Below the pieces are notes generated by a model. The model worked only from the letters and a program-made list of their open reading frames with translations, was not told the DNA's origin and made no database searches. Below, piece by piece: positions 53,801 through 64,000 of a stretch of 64,000 bases of DNA. The position numbers and the translations under genes were made by a program. How positions within the stretch are numbered: position 1 is the first letter of the stretch; every line of letters begins with the position of its first letter. Source of the stretch: Lingula anatina (taxonomy: Eukaryota; Animalia; Brachiopoda); the NCBI GenBank assembly GCA_051362555.1, contig CM120640.1, positions 68,798,788 through 68,862,787 of the forward strand, given 5' to 3'.

Positions 53801-56800
53801 GGAGAACTTTTACAATTATATCTTTGCTTCTTTCTGGACTTTGTATAGCTTTTTTTTTTCCATAACACATTGTACAAGAATAGAGTATTTAGTATAATTT
53901 CTTGCATATTCTTGGTGATAATTTGATAGCATATTTTTCAGTATTCATCTCTCAAGAATGTTTAAAGAGCCATCTTAATTCTAACATCAAGATCTTATAT
54001 AAAAGAATACCTGTGAATTACTTCTGCATGTATAAAACAATGCTTATATATTTTCCTTTTGCCAGCTGTCCAAAAGTTAAGTTATGATGAGGTATATAAC
54101 CAGTCCAGTCCTACTAACTGTACAGTCTACTGTGGTGGCATCAACAATGGTCTCTCACGTAAGTACCATCTTCTCAGTGAGAATTTCAAAGATTGATTTT
54201 AGTGCGAACATTCACTTTCAACTGAATTTTTGATAGGAAGTTTTGTTATTTATGTCATGTTACACTTGTACACTTAATTTAAAAGCTTTGTTTTTCACAT
54301 TTTTCAGAGGAATTAGTTCAACAACATTTTATTCAATTTGGTCAAATAGAAGAAATTAGGATATTCAAAGATAAAGGTTATGCTTTCATAAGGTAAGTAA
54401 TATTGATAACTTCTTAATTATATTGAATAATTCCTGAAATGACTTAAAATCACAAGTGAAAAAGAAAACATTTTCTATATGCTTTAAATTTTTTCTGATT
54501 CTTTTTTCTTTTTATTTTTTTTTCTTATTTTTTTATACTACAGGTATAATAATAAAGAAGCTGCAACCAATGCCATAGTGTCAGTGCATGGGACGGATGT
54601 TAACGGGTGTCAAGTGAAGTGCTCCTGGGGGAAAGAGTCCAATGAAGGGCCAAACCCAGCAGCCTCACAACAGGTAAACAACCCCAGGGGGAAAACTCCA
54701 CAATCTGGGCCCTGGGAATGGCATAAATGATCATTTCTAGTCATTTTTCTGCTGGAGGTTAACAAGAAAAACTATCAAATTTATGAAGCCCAAGTTAGCA
54801 AGTCCGCTAATCGCTCTCTGGTCTTAAAATTTATTTCAATAAATCACACACGGCTTTCTGTTTAATCGACTAATTTAATGAAACTTTAGACTACAGTATT
54901 TTTACATTTGATAATAATAGAATTGTGTCATCTTGATGTAGCCTATGTATTGTAAATCACTATTATGTCACTAATATTTCAAATGTGTTCTCAGTATGCC
55001 AATGCCCCTGCTGGAGGTCCTGGGGGTCAGGGGTTTGGGAACTACTACAACCAGATGGGCTACTACATGGGCTATCCACAGCAGTACAGTCAGATGCCTG
55101 GCAATTACATGCAGAATGCACAATATGGATATGGGTATGGAAATTATGGGTATGTTTTATAGATGTGTTGTCCTGTTTCTGTGTATAAGGGGAGGCTTGT
55201 GTTAGGGACCATTCCTAGAGCCTATCGTACTAACTGTGGATCGATCTATCTTCAAGGGGATTCTCGCTAAATTGCTATCATTTTAAGCGGCTTAGATGTC
55301 TGTCATGCCTGCTGAAGCTGTTGGGGATAATTAGTTATCGTTTAGCAGCTTCAGTAGTAGTGCCAGACATCTAAGCCACTTAAGCTGAAAGTCAATTTAG
55401 CGAGAAACCCCTTGGAGATGGGCCGATCCTGTTGGATCGATCTAGGTATGAGAACCCAGTCTTAGTATACTTAGTGACAGCTGGCAGTTTAGAATATGAA
55501 CTCGTGATTTGTATTGGGTGCTGCATTAGAATTCTGTATTGTTAAGGGCATGAAGGTGAAAATAGCATAAAAAAGGGAATTTCTGCATGGCAAATGATGC
55601 TGGTTTTGAATTATTTTGTATTTAGTAATGGGATATTAATTATTAATGCATCTTTTCACGGGATGTCACGTAAAAGTGGTTTCCATAGCACAAACACAAT
55701 ATATGGCCTGCAGTATTATAATCACATCATAATTTTCAAGATACTTTATATGCTCCTAGCAGGTGACTCCCATGATATATTTATCAATTTAAAAAAAGTT
55801 TTCTAAAATTGACATTAATAAATATCTTTCAACCTTTTCCGGAATTGCATGACATTGTGTAAATAAAATTTTTATTATATATATTTTATTTACTTATTGT
55901 TCATAAAGAAAAGTTGAATACACAAGATCATTCCTAATTTTATGGTTTATTTTAAAGTTATCACGTCATAGTTTATTGTTTTGAATTGTAATCTAATACC
56001 ACATTATATCCATATGTACATTTTCACCAGTACATGCTGGTGTATAAGATACAATGTAATATATTGTATTTATTGTAGGATGCAAGGGTGTGTCCAGGGA
56101 AGCTATGGCCAGATGCCAATGGGCGGGGCACCTGGTGGTCAGCAGTATAATGGACAACAGCAGATGATGGGGATGGGGGGTTACCCTATGCAGCAAGGTA
56201 AGCATAGTGTACTGCCTACACTGGTCAGAAATATCAGCTACATCATGGTCAATATGTCTTATCCCTAGAATCTGAAATGGCAGTATTTCAAAGTTGGACA
56301 GAGTGTGGGATTAATGGAAAAAAAAGAATTTTTCAAATTGTATTACTGGGGTTGTAATTGCAGTTGTGTAAAAGTAACCAGTTTTACTTGGACATGTTGA
56401 AGCAGTTGCCTTTAATACATCTATGTATTGACCATGATTATGCTTCCACAGAGTATCTCTACAATAAGTTTCAAAGTTTATTTTCAAGTGATTCAGCCTT
56501 TCACGTTGCTTTTTTTTTTTTTTTCAAATTTTCTTGATAAGCAGCATGATATGCAAGTTTTGCTCTTTGCTTTACTGAGCATTCCACATTTTGATCATTG
56601 TATATTCTAAGGTCCCTAAGATAAAATATGTAATCTATGATTATGCATTGAAATTATTGAAAAGTATCAAATTCTTGATGTTTAATGTTTTTCACTCAGA
56701 ATTTTACTGTATAGCAGTGAATTTTAGAAAAAGATGTGTGGCATAATACAAATTTCTGCTTTGAATAGTACATATTTTAGACACCTAACATACTTGAGAT

Positions 56801-59088
56801 AAAGACCTTGACATAGATTTAGGTGCACCTAGCTTTGAATTCATGCTTTTTACCATAGAGCCTAGCCAAGTAAGCTTTTAAAGAAAGAAACATGCAAACC
56901 TGGTTTTTAAATTAGTTTGAAAGTTGTTTTACAGTTTGATAATGATTTGATATGTTGACAAAATGTTCAAAGATCTGTTAATATTTCTACATTTTGTCCA
57001 CACCCTGAAGTATCTTAATTGAATTGCTGTTGCTTTTCTTGAATCACTGTATCTGTTGGTACGGTAGTGTTATCAATGAGTTGGGGGGGGGGGGCACTCG
57101 AGTATCAAATTGTATTTTATCAGTTTGAGAATTGGCAAATGTTCTATCTCTCAGCAGACCCAGAAGGTTTTAATGTTGAAGTCGTGCATGCAATCCTGAT
57201 AAAACAGTTTGTTGCTAAAATGATGTATAACAGCAAATTCATTGATCTCTTTCAAGAGTTAACGCATGTTTCATGTTCACATAGAGAGCTATTGCTCTAA
57301 GTAATATGTTTTCTGCCAGCATATAGATCAGTTTGAAGCCAAGCAAAGCAGCAGCGTCTGAAGCCTAACTTAATTGACTAATACCTAATCTCTGTGCTGA
57401 CCATACCTATACTTAGAAGAATTAGAAAGAAAAAATTACTGACCTTGCTTATGCTAATAGGATTTTTTTACAAGCACTATCAATGTCTAACCAATGCCAA
57501 GCCACTGTTTTCCATATCGAGAGTTTATATTTGATTTCACAGAGCTTTAAATTATAGCTTTGCTGTGCAAGCAACATTTTTCCAAGCTTGATTCTAAATT
57601 GATTTCAAATTTCAATCAAAGGATTAAGAAAAACTGATATTTTGTCAAAATGTCTTATTGTTCAAGAGTCAGACTCCATCTTTACCATCACTGAATATTT
57701 TACACAAGATAAAAGTGGATGATATAGGTTCATTTATCTATGAAATAAAATTAGACAAATGTATTATTAAAAACAGTGACATGACTAAGGGATCCTCTTA
57801 GAATTGCCATTTCATGGAAAGGGAAAAACTGTATACACTTCTAAAATGTCTGTGGTGAATGGGTAGGAAGCTAAATTGCTCTATATACGAAGTCGGACAG
57901 AAAAGTGTTTAATTCAACAGCTGTTTGCGAGCTACGTTTTATTATTCTCATTAGAGCAATTATCAGCATGTTTTACACTTGGTCATTTGGATGTTCATCT
58001 GCAGTATCACTCTGTTATTAGATCATCTCTGTTTGATGCATGTTTCTATATTAGCCTACTAATCATCATTTTACTAAAGTTGCATTCCATTTTTTCTGTT
58101 GTAAATTTAGTTGAGCTCTGGATACCTATCATATAGGTAACTATTTTTCTATTTAAAAAAATGATGAAAAACAGACAACTAACCATACAAAATTGATGAA
58201 TTTACTTCTTTCACATTTTGAGCCTATGTTTTGAGAACCTAACAGCCGAAAGAGAAGGTAACTTTTGTCATTTCACTTAGTTTTATCTTCTTTTTCTTTA
58301 TGAATTTTGACTCCTTAACATTCCCTACAATGCATCCCATAACCACCTAGGTCAAAGGTAGGCTTTTTGTCAGTTATTCACCTACTATTAGCAAAGCATA
58401 ATAAACTAGGAGCTGCTACTAATCGTAATCAGCCATGGAGGTACAGCTATTGACATTTTTTCTTTTGTTCATTTTACCCAGATCAATAAAGACAAAGACT
58501 TTGTGTAGGTGAGTGTTGTAGGCTAATGATAGTGCTTACATTAGATTTTTTAGCCATATAAATTTGACTAAAAAGAAAAAGTCACTCTCAGTCAGTAAAT
58601 AGGTTCTAGGAAGTATTTCCTAAAATGTGTAAGGTTAATACTGCTAAGGTAAGACCACATAATATTTATTCCCATTTTTTCACTATATAAACTTTTTTCT
58701 TTTTTCTCTTTTTTATATGTTATTGTGTATTTTAAATAGTACATAGAACTTGACACCATCAGGCAGCAATATGTAGCAATATCTTTACTTTTTTCATGCT
58801 GTAATTTCAATATTTTATTATTATCATTATTTATGCGGACATGTCTGCTTTGCCAATGAATCTCAAACCTAAGTATTATTGGGTATTTTTTGTTAAAACA
58901 TGCAATTCCAGAACAACTTACGAAACAGAAGCAAACAAGTAGCTTTTAAGTTAAGATTTAATTGGACCGTGCTAGTCTTTGTTAATAGACATGCTTTGCA
59001 TTTGATATTTTATTATTAAGAATCCTTTTTCATGGTTGTTGTGTGATTATTTCCAGGCTATCAGACAGGATATCAACAGGCCCAGTAA
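17860..59088 (+). CDS. TIAL1: Nucleolysin TIA-1/TIAR family RNA-binding protein (3 RRMs plus Q/G/Y-rich tail), 14 coding exons, ~390 aa
   Basis: Exons 17860-17866, 17951-17981, 18155-18251, 20970-21065, 39261-39318, 43885-43972, 51257-51332, 52361-52466, 54066-54158, 54308-54392, 54544-54673, 54995-55149, 56079-56197, 59057-59088 (1173 nt, phases consistent). Motifs: [86 protein letters not shown]-terminus [10 protein letters not shown]. The terminal exon is the least certain. Confidence 0.92.
21167..21282. repeat. Degenerate ~35-40 bp tandem repeat (3 copies)
   Basis: ACAACATGAA...ATAAACTCTACATGATCATT repeated with variation. Confidence 0.6.
21610..22400. repeat. 31-bp minisatellite in TIA1 intron 4 (~26 units, 18 identical)
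   Basis: Unit CTGGATTCCCTGTGTCTTGGGGCTCAGTACA is head-to-tail and perfect from 21672 to 22229, with diverged units on both flanks. Confidence 0.97.
23850..26800 (-). mobile_element. Heavily decayed L1/Tx1-clade LINE (ORF2 remnant)
   Basis: Minus-strand remnants: an SRL(D)-like endonuclease motif at ~26610-26625 and an RT segment [12 protein letters not shown] at ~25360-25400 resembling ISLLCxDYKIL. They are in the expected EN-then-RT order, with many stops. Boundaries are approximate. Confidence 0.55.
36009..36140 (+). CDS. Candidate alternative TIA1/TIAR exon (in-frame Pro-rich cassette, or internal first exon with ATG at 36051)
   Basis: Branch-like CTAAC at 35982, pyrimidine tract, CAG acceptor, 132 nt open in frame, CAG|GTAGGT donor. 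Phase 0-0 matches intron 4. It is a GC/CpG-richer patch within an AT-rich intron. Confidence 0.65.
39361..39566 (+). mobile_element. Decayed Crypton-type non-autonomous element
   Basis: Starts TTATTATC...GCCAAAGAGGTTGTGTTT and ends GGTGAAGGTCTTCGCAGTGCTTTTCTAGTT. This resembles the GCCAAGGAGGTTATGTTT...GGAGGT...AGTGCTTTCTAGTT end pattern recalled for such elements. Confidence 0.45.
46021..46450. mobile_element. PIF/Harbinger-like transposon end (one TIR plus subterminal repeats)
   Basis: GGCCCCCGTTTCACAAAAAAACTTAAGTC with an internal repeat of CCCGTTTCACAAAAAA and CTTAAGTCG units. CpG-rich relative to the host intron. No partner TIR was found. Confidence 0.55.
47958..48904. mobile_element. 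947-bp non-autonomous DNA transposon with 110-bp TIRs and a 6-bp TSD (ACCCAA)
   Basis: 47958-48067 (CAGGCCTTCCCAACTACCAGACTCGG...) is the near-perfect reverse complement of 48795-48904. ACCCAA occurs at 47952-47957 and 48905-48910. Confidence 0.9.
52261..52318. repeat. Poly-C followed by (CA)n microsatellite
   Basis: C13 then an interrupted CA repeat just upstream of the TIA1 exon 8 acceptor. Confidence 0.9.
55238..55429 (+). other. Long imperfect inverted repeat (~190-nt hairpin) in TIA1 intron 12
   Basis: GGATCGATCTATCTTCAAGGGG...GATAA pairs with TTATC...CCCCTTGGAGATGGGCCGATCC around a ~4-nt loop (TTAG). Confidence 0.85.
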
Positions 59089-61900
59089 AGTGACCAGTGA
59101 CCCCAGCAGCCACGAAGTGACCACTGTACATAGCACACTGACTGGTTGTACACTCATGGCGGTCGATGGAATCAGGAGGGGTTTCAGCACTTATATTGGA
59201 CTTCGCGACAGCTTTAATGAAGACAGACAAACATAATGCAATTCAATATTTATTCAGATGAAATGAGAGTGAGGCATGGGTATAAAGACAGCATTCTGCA
59301 CAGCATGGTGGACCTTGGCTAAATTCACCCAAGTCTGTGAAGATTTAAATTTAGGATCTGGATGAAATTTTTGTATACATAACTAACATGCATAAGATTG
59401 AAAAATTTTGTGATATCTGCCAATTTTGTAGTGCAGCTTCTTCATGGGGAGGATTATCCCAATAAGATGAGGTGCCATTTTAAAACTTGATTTCCATTTC
59501 TGCTTCAAAATTTGGAGGAAGTTTCTTCAGTTGAAGGGATTGGTAACATGCTGTTGTTTTTGCATGTGTTGATTTTTTGACTGCATAGTACATGTGGAAA
59601 TATTTAGATCAGAGACCGCAAAGGTAACTTACAAATAATATCCCCAGATGCCCACCAGGAAAACTACAACGTTGATTTTTTTAAAGTTGAAAAAAAAAAA
59701 AAAGAAATCGGGGTTAGGGTAATTCACATGTAAATATAATGAGTAATGTATAGATATATATCGAACTATATATACCTCTACATGTAGCAAATCAATGTTA
59801 AAACTGTACTGCTTTGCTGTTCTCTAGCCACTTCCTCTCAGCTGTATGTTAGCGGCAGATGCACACGCCATAGGCAGTATTAGCCAAGCACTTTTGGTGT
59901 GCTGCCTGGATGCAGCAACGGTAGGGAAAAAACAGATCAATGTTCTTGCTGCTGATTAGAGTAATTGAATAACACTGACAGGTCTCTTATCAATTCTCAT
60001 CACATGCACCTGGGGTATTGAATAGCGATATGCCTTTTGTACATCCTGCTGTGTAGTACTAGAGAACACGGGTCATTTTTACAGTAGTAGATAATGCACA
60101 GGACAGTTGTAGATGACTGGTCTGTGTGCAGCTTGTAACCACAGATACTGCTAAATAAACTACATGGGGGTGAATGTTAGATTTTATTTTACACACAGGA
60201 AGCAATGTTTGATATTTAAAAAGCTGTCTATGATACCTTATTTGTAAAAAAAAAAAAGACTGTCGTACTTTATTTGTAAACTGTGCACTTGAGTATGATT
60301 TCTTGTTTATCAAAGGCAACTCATGATTCCAATAGCGTAACTTTGGTTTTCAGCTTAAATATAACTCTATTATTACTTTAAAAATTGAATTTGATATTTA
60401 AAATGTAGAGATAAGAGTCTGTAACAGTCTTGAATAATATGCCATTTTAAATGGGCACTGTTTTATTTTGCTAAGGTTTTTAAATTCAGGTGCTGCTTTT
60501 ATGTAGACAATTCTTCCACACTTTCATTTTACGAGACATTCTGTTGCTGTTGTTTTTATTTGAGAGTTGAGAAGTAAAGTATGGTCGTAAAGAATATATT
60601 GATATGAACATAGTGCACATAATCTAATTTTAAATATTTGTAACCAATCTATGCTCCACATGTCTTGATGGGGTTGTGAGTATCTATCCATACCAAATCA
60701 CCAGGTCAGTTTTCTAAAGGGGCAGGAATTCACCATTTCTCTCAAACAGTGTAACCCTATTTTTTGTAAAAAAGAAAGTGGCTGTAGGCAGACTTGGTAA
60801 ACAGCAAAGCCATTCTAACCAGTAGCTTTGGCTTGGTGCTACACCTGCAGATTGCATTGTATTGTAGTTAGTAACTGGTACCTGGGTGGGGGACTTCACA
60901 AGGAGAGGACCTGTGGCCCTGGATCCAGTGAAAGTAAATATGATCAGGACTTCATCTGCAGATATTGTTTCCCTAGCAGGCCTGTCTGTTACCATGAACT
61001 GAGAACCAAGTTGCACACAACAAAATTTTTACTACTGCTTTTTGGCAAAACAGTGGATGGTATCCAGTGAGAGATTAATAGTTTTCATATAACTACTTTG
61101 TAAATTAGTGGGGTTTGTATATCTTATAGTCTGAATTTCAATAAATGTTATGTAAAGCCACCTGTTACAGTGTAACGGTGAAAGCTCTAATTCATACACT
61201 ACGTACCTAGATAGGAAATATGTATTTAACCATGTATTATAGAAAAGTGTGCTCTTTTGTTGTGAGAATGTTATAATAATATAGCTGTATAACAACAAGT
61301 TAGTGAAATGTTCAAATGTCATGTTTGTATAGCAACTGCTTTTAGTACGCCCTGCAATGCAGAGGCAATCAGTCAAATATCTGTGTATGATCAGAAGATC
61401 AGGGCAATACTGTTTTGACAGAAAATGTTGTAAAAATAAGAAGTGGCAAACAATAAAGGACAGATATCATTTGTTAATATTGGAGCTGTTTGACATACTT
61501 CAAATTTATATAGTTTAAAGATGTGTTGGTTAAGAATCACCAGAAAGTTCTTCACTTTTCGAATGACCTTTGTTTTCAAAATGGTTGTTAATTCATTTTC
61601 TTTCCTTTTAAATTATTACCCCCCCCCCCCCCCAAAAAAAAATATTTATCAGCTATTATCTATACAAGTCAATAACACAACAATTTATATATATCTTAAT
61701 ATTTTTACAAAAATGAAAACATGTTTGTATCATTTGCTCCACATCTGCCAAACACTGTCATAACACGTCCAATAATTTTAAAAATTCAGGATTAAAGTGA
61801 TCTCTCTTTTTGCTCCACTTCCATGCAAGATTTTTTAACCTTTGTCGGCTTATATACAATTTAGTAAACAAATGGAAATAAATGTTTTACAGACCTTGAA
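59089..61900 (+). other. Putative long AU-rich TIA1/TIAL1 3' UTR with candidate polyA signals
   Basis: AATAAA at 61140, 61452 and 61877. The CpG-poor composition ends near 61.9 kb. Confidence 0.45.
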
Positions 61901-64000
61901 ATTATAGATATACAAGGTTTCAACACGTGCTAAATTACATAATTTCACACATGCAATAATCATAAAGCATATTTTATCATAAAAATTGAACAAATATGGC
62001 GTGCAAGTGACTCATATAATCTACTATTGTAGAGCTGCCCGTATTCATAATTCATTATACATCGGCTGCAGTATTTGGTTTCTGTAGAGAAGATTAATAT
62101 ATTTTGCCATGCTATTTGTAGAGCGAATGTACTAAGTCTAAAATCACTGAATACTGAAACATTCTTTTACTTAGTATTTATCTCTAAAAACGAACTTTGG
62201 ATTGATCGACACTATAGGATTTGAATAACCAATAATATATATTAGCTGTTAAAAATCCAAAAAAAAAGAGATCGCACAGAGTCCTAACTGCAGATGACGG
62301 CATTGAATTTTGCTCAGACCAAACAAAAGTGAATCTTTCCAGAAAACGCGTTTGGGTTCATTGTTTTAGATAAAGGAAAGAGATGAATGTAGGAAGGGCA
62401 CTTGCTAGCCCGGGATTCAGAAACGACACAAACAATTTCCAAACGTGTGCACACACAGGGAGATATGAAAAAGAAGACGCTGGCACACCTGTAGCTCTGG
62501 TTAGGCACTTGACAAAAATATCAGAATCCATTATTTTGCACCAACAATTTGTCCCCTTTACCTTTGAAATTGTCGCTGCTAACATAACTCACTGGAGATC
62601 GCCATTACACGGATACTTTCTCTGGATTTGAAATCTGATGTTTTGCCCCCATTACCTTTAACAATTTATGTGAGGATAAGAGTTCGCGTTGATCTTTGTT
62701 CCCTGGCCTCACTTTATCACAAGCCAATCCTGAAACTTAATTTGTGGCCGTTAATCTAAAGTTATTTTCTGATAAAGAAGCTTCTTATGGGGTCATTGGC
62801 CAGGATTCACTTGTAACTGACTGATGTTAAAGGATTTTACCGTTCGTTTATTTTAAAATAGATCCAGTAACGACTTTAGTGTACTTCCACAACGCGAAGA
62901 TATCAATACTAATTCCTGAGTATTATTAATCTTAAGTATAAGAATATATCTTAACTGATTAATTCAATAACATTTCATCCCTGCAGAGATCTTTTTTCTG
63001 CAATTCGGAACTAAACATCTATTATGTAGTGTTTTATGAAAAGAGCGGCAAAGGACTGGTTTCCTGTGTCATGGTATTGATCTTTTAGAGATCTCGCATC
63101 TAATTTATTTATTCAAAGGTTATATATAGAACATTGATGATTCTCGTACAAAATATTTATTTGTATTTTCAAAGGGTAGATCTTGATAAATTTCAAGAAA
63201 TTAAAAAATTAGGCTAACTGCTGCAAGTTTTTCAGTTTCGGCATAGAAACATTCTCTATTCAGTTTTAAGGCGTTCAGTGCGTGTTAGTGTTTTATTTTT
63301 TTTCCTTGAAATTTATGCTTCCAAAAAAATGTAAAAAATACGAGCTATTAATAAACTCTATTAATCAAATATAGGCCTAAAAACCCAGAACCCCCAAAAA
63401 GTTCACGGATGTTTATATTATATATTAGTCATAAATAACAAAAGCATTGGAATTTCCAGGAAATTAATTTTTTTTCCATATATAAAGTTCTAACGCTCAG
63501 AGTCTGCATTTAGTTTTGGAACGGTGAACACTGCACGCCAGTCAGTGAATATAGATTAAAAAGATCAAGTATATGTACCAGGTTGAGCTGCAATTTCGCG
63601 CAGCCAATTTCTTGATATAACCTTTACATAAAATAGGGCGTTATAATGATTTATCAAAACTATGATCCAACTAAAATGGAGAAAGACGCGCTGACCAAAT
63701 AAACGGTATGAGTGTAATAGGTAGGGGTCTACTGTAGGCCTATGATGAGGTGAATATGCATCAAGAAAACGTTTCTTATGTTCGATTTGATTTCATGATT
63801 TTCATTTGAGCACAATCGATTATTTGTTATATTGTCCCACTTAATGATCCTATTACTTATTCCTCGGGAACAATATGTGTGTGGTAATAGTTTAATAACA
63901 TGTTGATGGTGCTTTTTTCCATGGACATAATTATTATGTCCATGTTTTTTCTGAGGCTGCTTGTGTTTTGACGTCTCAGATGCGCTATTAGTCTTCTCTA

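Noticed and set aside
62314-62760. Short ORFs faintly resembling a tyrosine-recombinase N-terminal segment
   Set aside because: Interrupted by stops, with no catalytic motifs; the resemblance is too weak to call.

Overview
This is an AT-rich animal genomic window, probably an invertebrate and possibly a lophotrochozoan or mollusc (inference). It holds three intact spliceosomal genes that I reconstructed by hand with phase-consistent GT-AG introns. They are ARMC6 (+, CDS 4234-7380), a VIP36/VIPL-type L-lectin cargo receptor LMAN2/LMAN2L (-, CDS 14885-9282) and a ~41 kb TIA1/TIAL1 RNA-binding gene (+, CDS 17860-59088). Transposon debris includes a decayed Gypsy gag-protease, a decayed L1/Tx1 LINE, two CAGG-ended TIR elements with 5- and 6-bp TSDs, and Harbinger- and Crypton-like fragments; there is also a 31-bp minisatellite. 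The strongest observation is that the LMAN2 exon encoding the sugar-specificity loop is tandemly duplicated as two intact 115-nt exons that can only be used one at a time. They encode G-D-L versus G-Q-L at the residue that tunes glycan preference in VIP36/ERGIC-53, so this is a candidate splice-switched lectin specificity. The TIA1 gene carries several candidate regulatory exons and a long intronic hairpin with strand-biased G:U pairs. All alternative-splicing calls are sequence-only predictions.
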